Virus record (IMG/VR): IMGVR_UViG_3300021060_000001
Location: 1-46,328 of that record
Length of the DNA stretch: 46,328 nt
DNA from: a virus
Strand: one strand, 5' to 3'
The position numbers were made by a program, and so were the translations under genes. Shown in pieces: positions 1 to 8,492 of this stretch (position 1 is its first letter; every line of letters starts with the position of its first letter). The notes under the pieces were generated by a model, which saw only the letters and a list, made by a program, of their open reading frames with translations, did not search any database and was not told the DNA's origin.

Positions 1-127
1 ACAAATGGCCCGTTGAGCCACTACCATCACAATGCGTTTGACAACTTCCGAACTAACAACGACAGCTTCGCAATTGCTATCGACCGACCTGCAAACGAAC
101 CGATCCACTGCTACGAAAATCATGTCG
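1..127. repeat. Left copy of an exact 127-bp terminal overlap (identical to 46202-46328). Marks circular closure of the assembly; unique length 46201 bp.
   Basis: Read directly: acaaatggcccgttgagccactacc...gctacgaaaatcatgtcg occurs at both window ends. It lies inside a CDS, so it is more likely an assembly or permutation overlap than a physical genome end. Confidence 0.95.
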
Positions 128-1074
128 ATCAGAACTACTGTGGCGGGTTTGGCCCGTTCGTCTACGTCGGAAGTCGCGACGCGCGGACAAACTACAACGG
201 CAATCAGTCCAAGCCCGAAGGCATCCACATCTCCTTCAACTCGACGCAGACGCGGAATTTCAGCGTCGTTGTCGAGTGCTGCCTTCTTCTCCGACTGACA
301 GGCAACTCGTTCTGCATCGCGGCCGGAACGACGATGCTTATCCGTCCGAGCGGGCCTGGCATCCTCGATCTGCGCAGCACGTCGAACTGGTACGACGCTA
401 CGGATCAGTTCGTCGGCCCCGTCATCGGGCAGGACAGCGTCTTCGCCAACGGCCCCAATGCGGTGCTTAAGTTCGCTCGGTTCCAGGATTACATCTTCGG
501 CGGCAAGTTCGGCTGCTCGTTCGACAGCTTGACCGATAACGTCGATTTTACCGGCAGCGTCTTCATTCAGATGACGGATACGGGGGCCATCTTCAACCAG
601 TGCAAAAACGTCACCATCGGCGCGACTTTCGAGGGCTGCAATCGGGCGTTCGTGTGCATCGACGGCTCGGCGGGCGGGCCGTTCTTCACCGGCCGGTGCG
701 TGTTCGCCGGCAGCGGCGCGCCCGAGTTTTCGATCTCTGACAAGTCCAGGCTGATCGTCTCGTATGAGACCGCCGGACACAAGCTCGCGCGGAAGTTCCC
801 GTACGTTACGGGAACGAGCAACTTCCCAGCCGCAACAGGCGCCGGAAACGTCGCCGGCTTCATTCTGTTTCCGCACGGGCTGGCCGGCACGCCGAACCTC
901 AACAAATGCCACTGCACCCTACAGGGCCCGCCGTCTGCTTCAGGAGGAGCGGTGTTCCAGGGTGGGACCGCGTTCTTCATCGCGGCGGATGCTACTAACG
1001 TCACGATGGGCGTCTATATCCTTGGCCTAAGCAACCAGGGAAATATCATCTACAACCTCGACTTGAGCATGTAA
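1..1074 (+). CDS. Same tailspike gene, C-terminal beta-helix body (bases 1-127 duplicate 46202-46328)
   Basis: In-frame continuation (TNGPLSHYHHNAFDNF... seen at both ends). Stop TAA at 1072-1074. Repetitive G/N/F-rich beta-helix-like sequence. Confidence 0.8.
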   Translation, partial: TNGPLSHYHHNAFDNFRTNNDSFAIAIDRPANEPIHCYENHVDQNYCGGFGPFVYVGSRDARTNYNGNQSKPEGIHISFNSTQTRNFSVVVECCLLLRLTGNSFCIAAGTTMLIRPSGPGILDLRSTSNWYDATDQFVGPVIGQDSVFANGPNAVLKFARFQDYIFGGKFGCSFDSLTDNVDFTGSVFIQMTDTGAIFNQCKNVTIGATFEGCNRAFVCIDGSAGGPFFTGRCVFAGSGAPEFSISDKSRLIVSYETAGHKLARKFPYVTGTSNFPAATGAGNVAGFILFPHGLAGTPNLNKCHCTLQGPPSASGGAVFQGGTAFFIAADATNVTMGVYILGLSNQGNIIYNLDLSM

Positions 1075-1085
1075 GGACCGAACCC

Positions 1086-1649
1086 ATGGGCCTGCGCGAT
1101 TACCTCAGGATTGGACAAGCCGCGCAGTTGCCCGTGGCGGGCGATGACGTGCCGCTCGTGGCCGTGGTGAACCCGGACGGTAGCACGATCTCGGCCGGCG
1201 GCGGTGGCTCGTCCGGCGGGTCTGTGACCGCGCCGGGCACCGCCGGCGCGCAGGCGCAGACAATCCAGGGCAACGCAGCGGGCGTGCCGGTCCCGGTGTC
1301 GGGGGCGGTCACGACGAGCGTGACGCAGCGCGCGATGCTGTCCGAGGGGTCGAGCACGACGAGCGCCACGGTAAACACGTCGGCGACGATCCTGGCCGCC
1401 GACCCGAACCGGAAGAAGCTGAGCTATCAGAATACCGGGAGCGCGACCATAGCCTTGCGGATCAACGTCGGGGCGGACACGACGGCGGCGAACGCCACGC
1501 CGCCCGCCGCAGGCGCGACGACGGCGAAGCGGATGATCTTCGTCCCTGCCGGCCAATACTACGTCACAGAACCGGACGAGCTGTGCACGGGGCAGATCAA
1601 CACCGCCTCGCTCACGGCGTCTGTCCCGCAGACTTGGGCGGCGAGTTAA
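1086..1649 (+). CDS. Hypothetical virion/fibre-associated protein (187 aa)
   Basis: ATG 11 nt after the tailspike stop. G/S/T/A-rich with a Gly-Ser linker (AGGGGSSGGS). GC-rich third positions. The function call rests on position only. Confidence 0.55.
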   Translation: MGLRDYLRIGQAAQLPVAGDDVPLVAVVNPDGSTISAGGGGSSGGSVTAPGTAGAQAQTIQGNAAGVPVPVSGAVTTSVTQRAMLSEGSSTTSATVNTSATILAADPNRKKLSYQNTGSATIALRINVGADTTAANATPPAAGATTAKRMIFVPAGQYYVTEPDELCTGQINTASLTASVPQTWAAS

Positions 1650-1652
1650 GCC

Positions 1653-2651
1653 ATGGGGTTCCGCTTCAACACCCGCCGGTCGCTCGGGCTCCCTGTCGGG
1701 GGAGGAGGCGCGATCCTGAAGCCGCAGGACGTGTTCGCGACGAGTTTGTATACGGGGAATGGCGGCACGCAGACGATCACGAACGGGGTCGATTTGGCGG
1801 GCAAGGGCGGCTTGGTGTGGGCCAAGCGGCGAGATAGTGCGGGCAACAATTTTCTGCACGACACAGCCCGAGGCGTAGGCAAGTACCTTCTGTCGAACGA
1901 CACCGGGGCGGAGGCTTCGGCCAGCTTCCTGACGGCGTTCAACGTTGACGGCTTCACGGTTGGGTCTTCGCTAACCTCTACTGGCGCGTCTTTCGCCTCG
2001 TGGTCCTTCGCCCGCGCCGCCAAGTTCTTCGATATCGTCACATGGACGGGCGACGGCACGAGCAACAGGCTGATCCCGCACGGTCTTGGTATTCCGCCGG
2101 GTATGGTGGTTGTTAAGCGTCTGGACACGGCTCTGGATTGGCCGGTATCTCATCGCTCGCTGACGGCTCAACAGTTTCTCTTCCTGAATAGCACTGCCTC
2201 TGTAAACGATGGCGGCGGCGAGTATTTCAATGGATCGTCCGCCGCCACAATCACAGTAGGCTCAACATCTCGCACCAACGCATCTGGTGGGCGCTACGTC
2301 GCGTACCTCTTCGCGCACGATCCGAGCGCAGACGGGATTGTGCAGTGTGGGAGCTACGTCGGAAACGCCGATGGTACGCAACCATTCGTAAATCTCGGCT
2401 GGCGACCGCAGTTCGTTATCCTGAAAAGGTCCAGTGGAGCCGCTAATTGGCTGATCTTGGACGCACAGAGGGGCTGGAACTCAAGCGCAGCCAATTTCCT
2501 GCAAGCCAACACGAGCGGGGCTGAAACCTCTCTTTCGGGAGACTATGGCGGGTTTGCGTCATCCGGTTTTCAGGACGGCGGAGCTGCCGGAGGTCTTTAC
2601 GGATCGAACAACACAACCACGATCTACCTCGCCATCCGAGCCCCCTATTAG
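1653..2651 (+). CDS. Putative receptor-binding/tail fibre protein built from three tandem ~100-aa repeats (332 aa)
   Basis: Three internal repeats each contain Y/W-x-G-N/D-G ... hydrophobic-K-R ... N-S/T-x-A ... Y/W-x-F (LYTGNGGTQ.., TWTGDGTSN.., SYVGNADGT..). Lies directly downstream of the tailspike. Confidence 0.6.
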   Translation: MGFRFNTRRSLGLPVGGGGAILKPQDVFATSLYTGNGGTQTITNGVDLAGKGGLVWAKRRDSAGNNFLHDTARGVGKYLLSNDTGAEASASFLTAFNVDGFTVGSSLTSTGASFASWSFARAAKFFDIVTWTGDGTSNRLIPHGLGIPPGMVVVKRLDTALDWPVSHRSLTAQQFLFLNSTASVNDGGGEYFNGSSAATITVGSTSRTNASGGRYVAYLFAHDPSADGIVQCGSYVGNADGTQPFVNLGWRPQFVILKRSSGAANWLILDAQRGWNSSAANFLQANTSGAETSLSGDYGGFASSGFQDGGAAGGLYGSNNTTTIYLAIRAPY

Positions 2652-2663
2652 GACCCGCCAGCC

Positions 2664-3191
2664 ATGCCCCTATCCGGTGGACCGCTCACATTCGAGGAGG
2701 ACGTTCGGCAGATCGTTCAGGGGATGCCCGGCATCCCGACGATCCTCGACGGCTCGTTCCTCGTGGATACCCTGCCCGACCCGGCGGCGAACCTCGGCAA
2801 GTATGCCCGCGTTACCGACCTGTTCGGCTCCACAACCGATCTCGTCCTGGCCGCGCGCACGGGCGCAATGATGTACTGGAAGCCCGTGCGCCCGGTGTTC
2901 GCTGCCAAGCAGACGGTGGCGGCCGACATGACGCTTCAGGCTCTCAAGACGCCCTCGATCCTGTTGCTCGACGGCAACGTTCCGCTCGGCACCACGCGCA
3001 AGCTCACGCTGTCCACGAACATGGCGTTCCCCGGCGCCTCTTTCCGCATCAAGCAGCGCAACACACTGGGGACGATCCTCGGGGCGCTCAACGTCCTGAA
3101 TGTGAACCTCGGGACGCCGGTCGCGATCCTGACTGGCGGATCACAGGAATTCGTGTACGACGTGGTAGATGGTTGGGTTCAGGTAACCTAG
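2664..3191 (+). CDS. Hypothetical protein (175 aa), virion module
   Basis: ORF in the coding-like frame, tightly packed with its neighbours. No motif recognised. Confidence 0.55.
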   Translation: MPLSGGPLTFEEDVRQIVQGMPGIPTILDGSFLVDTLPDPAANLGKYARVTDLFGSTTDLVLAARTGAMMYWKPVRPVFAAKQTVAADMTLQALKTPSILLLDGNVPLGTTRKLTLSTNMAFPGASFRIKQRNTLGTILGALNVLNVNLGTPVAILTGGSQEFVYDVVDGWVQVT

Positions 3192-3200
3192 AGGGATCGC

Positions 3201-3416
3201 ATGTGCATCTTCGGCGGCAAGTCCGCATCTCCCCCACCGCTGCCCCCGCCGCCTCCGCAGGTTCCGACCGCTGGCGACACCGACGTGAACCGCGCCCGCT
3301 CCGACGAGCAGGCGCGGCTGCGGGCTCTCTCCGGTTCTGGGTCCACACTCCTCACTGCCGGCAAGCCCCTGGACGCCATGGGCCAGACCGGCGGCAAAGC
3401 GAAGCTGGGGCAGTAG
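3201..3416 (+). CDS. Small Pro-rich protein with Met-Cys N-terminus (71 aa)
   Basis: GAGGGA lies 5 nt upstream of the ATG. MCIFGGKSASPPPLPPPPPQ... followed by RLRALSGSGSTLLTAG. Resembles small internal virion proteins (weak recollection). Confidence 0.5.
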   Translation: MCIFGGKSASPPPLPPPPPQVPTAGDTDVNRARSDEQARLRALSGSGSTLLTAGKPLDAMGQTGGKAKLGQ

Positions 3417-3418
3417 CG

Positions 3419-3685
3419 ATGCAGATGTTCCATGCCGTCAACTCGGCTCTGAATGGTCATCTGCTTGTCGCCTGGGCGATGGGGCTCAACGCGTTCCTGT
3501 TCCTGGCGCGCGGGTCCGGCCTCGGCCTCATGGGCCTCCTCTGCGGCGCCGTGGCGCTCACGGCGGCCCATGTCGGCTCAGGCCTGGAGCACAGCGGGCG
3601 CGAGGGGCTTGCCACCGCCGCCGCCGCCGCGACGGTCGCAACAGCCCTGGCGTGGCTCCTGTTCATCCTCGCCGCATCCATCTGA
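3419..3685 (+). CDS. Small membrane protein, about 3 TM helices (88 aa)
   Basis: ATG 3419 lies 2 nt after the previous stop. MQMFHAVNSALNGHLLVAWAMGLNAFLFLARG...LAWLLFILAASI is strongly hydrophobic. It is the inner part of track ORF 3173..3685. Confidence 0.55.
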   Translation: MQMFHAVNSALNGHLLVAWAMGLNAFLFLARGSGLGLMGLLCGAVALTAAHVGSGLEHSGREGLATAAAAATVATALAWLLFILAASI

Positions 3686-3694
3686 GGTCCCCGC

Positions 3695-5425
3695 ATGGTC
3701 ATGGTCACGGCAGCACCGACACAGGGCGCGCCCCTGCCGCGACCGTCCGCGCTCGTGCTGGATCTCAAGAGCCAGCCGTTCCGCAAGCGTCTGGAGATGC
3801 TGCGGTCGGAGCGGTCGTTCTACGAGGCCGAGATGCGGGAGGTGTCCCGCTTCATCCGGCCCCGGCGCGGGCGGTTCCTCGGGCAGCGCGGCCAGAAGGA
3901 TGACAACCGGCAGTCGTCGGACATCATCAACACCACGGCGACCATCGCGAGCCGCACGCTCAAGAGCGGAATGCAGTCCGGCGTGTCGAGCCCGGCCCGG
4001 CCGTGGTTCCGCCTCACGACGCCCGATCCTGACCTATCCGAGAACGGCGCGGTAAAGGACTATCTCACGACGGTCGCCCGGCGGATGGCGACGGTGTTTC
4101 AGCGGTCGAACATCTACAACTCGCTCCACACCGGGTACGGCGATCTCGGCGACTTCGGCACGTCCGTGATGATGATCGATGAGGACTATCAGGATGTGAT
4201 CCGGTGCCACACGTACTCGCCCGGCACGTACTTCCTGGCGCTGGACGCGCGCGGCGCGGTGGGCACGATCTATCGCGAGTTCAGCCTGACCGTGATGGCC
4301 TGCGTCGAGCGGTGGGGCCGGCGCGTGTCGCCGACCGTAATGCAGATGTACGACCAGTCGAACTTCGACGCGATGGTGGACATCGTTGAGGCCGTCGAGC
4401 CGAACATGCAGCAGGTGCGCGGCGTGCCCGGCCCGCGCGGGATGCCGTACCTGCGCGTACATTTCGAGAAGAACGCCAACGCCGACACGCTGCTTGACTG
4501 CAAGGGGTGCCACGAGTTCCCCGCGTGTGCCCCCCGCTGGGAAGTGCGCGACGACGACGTGTACGGATACGGGCCGGGCCTGGAGGTGCTGAACGACGTG
4601 AAGGGCCTCCAGCTCATGGAGATCCGCAAGCAGATCATGGTCGATAAGATGGCGACGCCGCCGACGCAGGGCGGCGCCTCCTCGATGCTGAAGATCAATC
4701 ACCGGGCCGGCGGCCACACGTTCACGCCCGACGCGGCGGCGATGCCCGGCGGCAAGCTGATCTCGCCGCTGTACGAGATGAACGGCCAGGGCATCCAAGC
4801 CGTGGCGAGCGAGATCACGCGCTCGGAAAGCCGGATCAAGGACGGGTATTTCTACGATCTGTTCCTGATGTTCGCGCAGTCCGACCGGCGCGAGATCACG
4901 GCCCGCGAGGTGGACGAGCGTCACGAGGAGAAGCTGTTGGCGCTTGGGCCGGTGCTCGAACGGCTGCACAACGAAAACCTCGACCCGGCGATCACGCGCA
5001 CGTTCAACATCATGCACCGCGCCGGCATCCTCCCCGATCCGCCGCAGGAGTTGCAGGGCATGGACCTGAAGGTCCAGTTCATCTCGACCCTGGCGCAGGC
5101 ACAGCGGGCCGTCGCCATCGGCGGGATCGAGAACTGCGCGCGGTTCCTCGGCGGCCTTGCCGGCGTCTTCCCGTCCGTCGTGGACAAGTTCGACGCCGAT
5201 CAGGCGATGGACGAATACGCAGACGCCACGGGCGTGCCGCCGGGGATCATCCTGTCCGACGACAAGGTTGCGGCGATCCGCGCGGACAAGGAAAAGGCGG
5301 CGCAGGGGCAGGCCGCGATTGCCGCCGCCGGCCAGGGCGCGGAACTCGGCCAAACCCTCTCGCAAACCGAGGTGACACCGGATAACATGCTGGGCCAGAT
5401 CTTGGGCGGCGTGGGGGCTGTGTGA
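3695..5425 (+). CDS. Portal (head-tail connector) protein, podovirus type (576 aa)
   Basis: Size, position upstream of scaffold and capsid, and similarity as I recall it to T7-gp8-like connectors (SERSFYEAE..R..RP.RG.F ... YNSLH..Y.DLG.FGT). Confidence 0.85.
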   Translation: MVMVTAAPTQGAPLPRPSALVLDLKSQPFRKRLEMLRSERSFYEAEMREVSRFIRPRRGRFLGQRGQKDDNRQSSDIINTTATIASRTLKSGMQSGVSSPARPWFRLTTPDPDLSENGAVKDYLTTVARRMATVFQRSNIYNSLHTGYGDLGDFGTSVMMIDEDYQDVIRCHTYSPGTYFLALDARGAVGTIYREFSLTVMACVERWGRRVSPTVMQMYDQSNFDAMVDIVEAVEPNMQQVRGVPGPRGMPYLRVHFEKNANADTLLDCKGCHEFPACAPRWEVRDDDVYGYGPGLEVLNDVKGLQLMEIRKQIMVDKMATPPTQGGASSMLKINHRAGGHTFTPDAAAMPGGKLISPLYEMNGQGIQAVASEITRSESRIKDGYFYDLFLMFAQSDRREITAREVDERHEEKLLALGPVLERLHNENLDPAITRTFNIMHRAGILPDPPQELQGMDLKVQFISTLAQAQRAVAIGGIENCARFLGGLAGVFPSVVDKFDADQAMDEYADATGVPPGIILSDDKVAAIRADKEKAAQGQAAIAAAGQGAELGQTLSQTEVTPDNMLGQILGGVGAV

Positions 5426-5727
5426 TGACGACCGAGGTATTGTGGGAGGGCGCGCGGCCGGGGTTGTCTGACGGGCCCGAGGCGCGCCAGGAAGAACAGG
5501 ACGCACTTACGGCCGAGGAGCAGTCCCGAGACGACATGCGCCTCGTGCTCCGTGAGCCGGCAGGGCGCCGCGCCGTCTACGAGATCATCGCCGCGACGGG
5601 CGCGTTCATGCCCGTCCATGGCGAGCGCAACGCCGGCTCGCATGAGGCCGGGCTGCACATCATCGCCCGCGTGAAGGATGCGGGCCTGTCGTACTGGCAT
5701 AAGATGCTTGGGGAGAACGAGCGATGA
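5425..5727 (+). CDS. Hypothetical head-module protein (100 aa)
   Basis: TGATG overlap with the portal stop and ATGA overlap with the scaffold start. An alternative GTG start lies at 5422. Confidence 0.6.
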   Translation: MTTEVLWEGARPGLSDGPEARQEEQDALTAEEQSRDDMRLVLREPAGRRAVYEIIAATGAFMPVHGERNAGSHEAGLHIIARVKDAGLSYWHKMLGENER

Positions 5728-6551
5728 ATACGAACCCGAACCGTGGAGGTTCCATTGCAGCCATCCTCTCTGCCGGCATCGGCCCGCGCATTTATCTGGC
5801 CCCGCCCGACGAGGGTGGCGGCGGCGATGCTGGCGCTGCTGGGGCTGGCGGGGATGGTGCTGGCGGCGCGGCCGGCGCTGGCGATGGAGCCGGAGGAACT
5901 GCTGACGCTGGCGGCGCTGCGGGCGACGGCGCGCAACCCTCGGCCCTGGCTGGCGCACTCGCGACCTCTGCCGAGGGCGCAGCGAAAGCCGCCGAGCCGG
6001 CCGCCGATGACGGCAAGGTGGAAGGCAAGGACAAGGTAAAGCCGGCCGGTGAGGAGCCGCCGCCGGCCGACGACGCCACGCCGAAAGACGTGGATGGCAA
6101 TGCCCTGCCCGAGAAGTACGAGATCAAGATGGCGGACGGCGTCGAGATGGACGCGAAGCTGATGGAGGTGGCCGAGCCGCTGTTCCGCGAGCACAAGATG
6201 AGCCCGGCGCAGGCGCAGGCCATGACCGACCTGTACACCCGCGTGACCGGCGAGGCCATCGCGAAGCATTCCGAGATGGTGAACGGCTGGCTGAACGAAG
6301 CCAAGGCGGACCCGGAGATCGGCGGCGCGAAGTTCGAGGAAAACCTCGCCATGGCGTCGAAGGGGTTCCAGGCGTTCGGAGACGAACGGGCCATGCAAAT
6401 CCTCGACACCTACGGCCTCGGGAACAACCCCAACATCTTGCGTTTATTCACGCGGATCGGTAAGGCTATGGGCGAAGGCGCAACCATCCTGCCCGGTTCG
6501 GGTACGGGTCGCGTGTCCGACGCACAGGCACTATACCCGAACATGAAGTAG
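5724..6551 (+). CDS. Scaffolding protein (275 aa) with a Gly/Ala/Asp low-complexity N-terminal region
   Basis: Lies between portal and major capsid. Has a GGGGDAGAAGAGGDGAGGAAGAGDGAGG tract followed by a helical, charged C-terminal half. Confidence 0.65.
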   Translation: MNTNPNRGGSIAAILSAGIGPRIYLAPPDEGGGGDAGAAGAGGDGAGGAAGAGDGAGGTADAGGAAGDGAQPSALAGALATSAEGAAKAAEPAADDGKVEGKDKVKPAGEEPPPADDATPKDVDGNALPEKYEIKMADGVEMDAKLMEVAEPLFREHKMSPAQAQAMTDLYTRVTGEAIAKHSEMVNGWLNEAKADPEIGGAKFEENLAMASKGFQAFGDERAMQILDTYGLGNNPNILRLFTRIGKAMGEGATILPGSGTGRVSDAQALYPNMK

Positions 6552-6579
6552 CGTCCGGGGGGACAAAGCAGCTCTGAAG

Positions 6580-6600
6580 CCTCACGCATCATTCGTGAGG
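6580..6600 (+). promoter_or_regulatory. Hairpin CCTCACG-catcatt-CGTGAGG abutting the capsid gene start; its 3' arm contains the only SD-like GAGG
   Basis: Read directly. Lies 2 nt before ATG 6603 and 8 nt before ATG 6609. Confidence 0.4.
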
Positions 6601-6602
6601 TT

Positions 6603-7598
6603 ATGAAAATGGCAGTCGTCGGTTCCCTGGTCATGACGCTCGCGGATGTGAGCAAGACCCTCGACCCCAACGGGTCGGTCGCTCGCATCATCGAAATTCT
6701 GAACCAGCAGAACGAGATGCTGGAAGATATCCTGTGGATGGAGTGCAACGGCGGCGACACGCACACGTCGGCCATTCGCACGGGCCTCCCTGCCGGCACG
6801 TGGCGTATGCTCTACCAGGGCGTCCAGCCCGCCAAGACCACGCGCGCGCAGGTCAAGGATACGGTCGGGATGCTGGAGAACTACTCCGAGCCCGATAAGA
6901 AGCTCATCGACCTAGCCAAGGATGGCGCGGCGCTCCGCCTCTCGGAAGCGCGCGGCATCATGGAGGGCATGAACCAGCAGATGCAACAGGCGTTCCTCTA
7001 CGGTAATCAGAACGTCGTGCCGCAGATGTTCACCGGCTTCTCGCCCCGCTACAACTCGCTGTCGGCGGGCACTGGCGCGAACATCATCGACGCGGGCGGC
7101 ACCGGCCTCGACAACACCTCGATCTGGTACGTGGTGTGGGGCGAGGATACATGCTTCGGCCTCTACCCGCGCGGCGTCCCAGGCGGCCTCAAGCACCGCG
7201 ACCTCGGCGAGGACACGAAGACCCTCTCGGACGGGTCGATGTATCAGGTTCTCCGCGACCACTTCGAGTGGCACGCCGGCATGGGCCTCCGCGACTGGCG
7301 CTATGTCGTCCGCATCGCGAACATCGACGTGTCGGACCTGACCACGGACGTGACGAAGCTCAAGGCACTCGTCGGCCTGATGATCCAGGCGTCCGAGACG
7401 ATCCGCTTCTCTGGCATGGGCCGCGCCGCGTGGTACATGAACCGCAACACGGCGTCGAAGCTCCGGCAGGCGATCCTCGAAAAGGTCGGTCTCAACCTGA
7501 CCTGGGAGACCGTGGCCGGCAAGAAGGTCATGATGTTCGACGGCGTGCCGATCCGGCGCGTGGAGCAAATCTTGAACACCGAGGCACGCGTCCAGTAA
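6603..7598 (+). CDS. Major capsid protein (331 aa), HK97-fold, BPP-1/epsilon15-like type
   Basis: Position after the scaffold, size, and sequence character. An alternative start at ATG 6609 is better spaced from GAGG (6597-6600). Confidence 0.85.
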   Translation: MKMAVVGSLVMTLADVSKTLDPNGSVARIIEILNQQNEMLEDILWMECNGGDTHTSAIRTGLPAGTWRMLYQGVQPAKTTRAQVKDTVGMLENYSEPDKKLIDLAKDGAALRLSEARGIMEGMNQQMQQAFLYGNQNVVPQMFTGFSPRYNSLSAGTGANIIDAGGTGLDNTSIWYVVWGEDTCFGLYPRGVPGGLKHRDLGEDTKTLSDGSMYQVLRDHFEWHAGMGLRDWRYVVRIANIDVSDLTTDVTKLKALVGLMIQASETIRFSGMGRAAWYMNRNTASKLRQAILEKVGLNLTWETVAGKKVMMFDGVPIRRVEQILNTEARVQ

Positions 7599-7721
7599 CG
7601 CAAGGGATGGCGCGCCGGCCGCCGCCGGCAGAGGACGGGAGAGGTGGGTAGCCTGCGGGTCCGCCTCCCGATCCCCGAGTGGGTGGAAGGCCCACAGCCC
7701 ATTTCTCCGAGCGAGGCTCGC

Positions 7722-7973
7722 ATGTCGGATCAGCACCAGGGCCTGCCAGTCGCAGGTTACAACCCGCAGACCGCCGACAAGGTGGGGATTGTCAACGCGA
7801 ACAAGGCCCTGGAGGAGCGATGCCTGCGCGCCGCCGAGGCGATCCGCGATACGGAAGGCATGGACGGTCGCATGGCCGCCCTCGCTATCACCGGGCTTCA
7901 GCAGTCCTTCATGTGGCTCAACCGGGCTGTCTTCCAGCCGGGGCGTATTGCCCTTCCGGAAGACGCCGAGTAA
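7722..7973 (+). CDS. Small helical protein (83 aa), paralogue-like to 43541-43762
   Basis: GAGG lies 5 nt upstream of ATG 7722. The upstream part of track ORF 7644..7973 is structured RNA-like sequence. Shares the motif D-x-R/T...A/S-x-x-MW-x-N-x-A with the ORF upstream of terL. Confidence 0.55.
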   Translation: MSDQHQGLPVAGYNPQTADKVGIVNANKALEERCLRAAEAIRDTEGMDGRMAALAITGLQQSFMWLNRAVFQPGRIALPEDAE

Positions 7974-8001
7974 CCACCGTTCACCGCGAGGCTCGCACGC
8001 C

Positions 8002-8436
8002 ATGATCCTTTCCAAGCAGGACGAATTCTCCGACCGTCAGGTCATCACTGCCACCGCCGCGTCGGTGAACCAACTCGACATGGGTCCGCCCGCCTACACC
8101 GGCAACAGCGTTGGCACCGACCGGGGCGGCCAGATCTTCTTCGACGTGTTCACCGACTTCACGGCGGCCGGCGCGGCGACGCTCACGGTGTCCGTGCGCT
8201 CGGCCGACACTGCCGACATGGTGACGGGCGTCACGATCCACTCGACCTCGGCCGCCATCCCGGTCGCGTCCCTGAAGAAGGGGATCTCGATGCGCTCGCT
8301 GAACCTCCTGGCCCGCGTGCCCGAGAACGCCAAGCGGTACGTGGATCTCGTCTACACGGTCGCCAACGGCCCGTTCACGGCCGGCGCGCTCTCGGCCCGC
8401 CTGACCAACGGCCTGCCCAACAGCGTCGGCGCCTAA
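8002..8436 (+). CDS. Capsid cement/decoration protein candidate (144 aa, Bbp16-like by recollection)
   Basis: ATG 8002 lies inside track ORF 7789..8436. MILSKQDEFSDRQVITATAASVNQLDMG... is beta-rich and lies just downstream of the capsid gene. Confidence 0.5.
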   Translation: MILSKQDEFSDRQVITATAASVNQLDMGPPAYTGNSVGTDRGGQIFFDVFTDFTAAGAATLTVSVRSADTADMVTGVTIHSTSAAIPVASLKKGISMRSLNLLARVPENAKRYVDLVYTVANGPFTAGALSARLTNGLPNSVGA

Positions 8437-8492
8437 GCGCCTTCGCCACTCGCACCCGCCGCCCTGCCGGCTACAGACCTGAGGACACGATC

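Noticed and set aside
1-127. The terminal repeat as a genuine T7-style direct terminal repeat.
   Set aside because: It lies in the middle of the tailspike coding sequence, and its exact length is typical of an assembly k-mer overlap. I treated it as circular closure. True termini need read-start analysis.
1086-3191. Diversity-generating retroelement near the fibre genes. I looked for one because the head genes resemble BPP-1-type phages.
   Set aside because: I found no reverse transcriptase ORF anywhere in the circle and no template/variable repeat pair near the fibre-module 3' ends.
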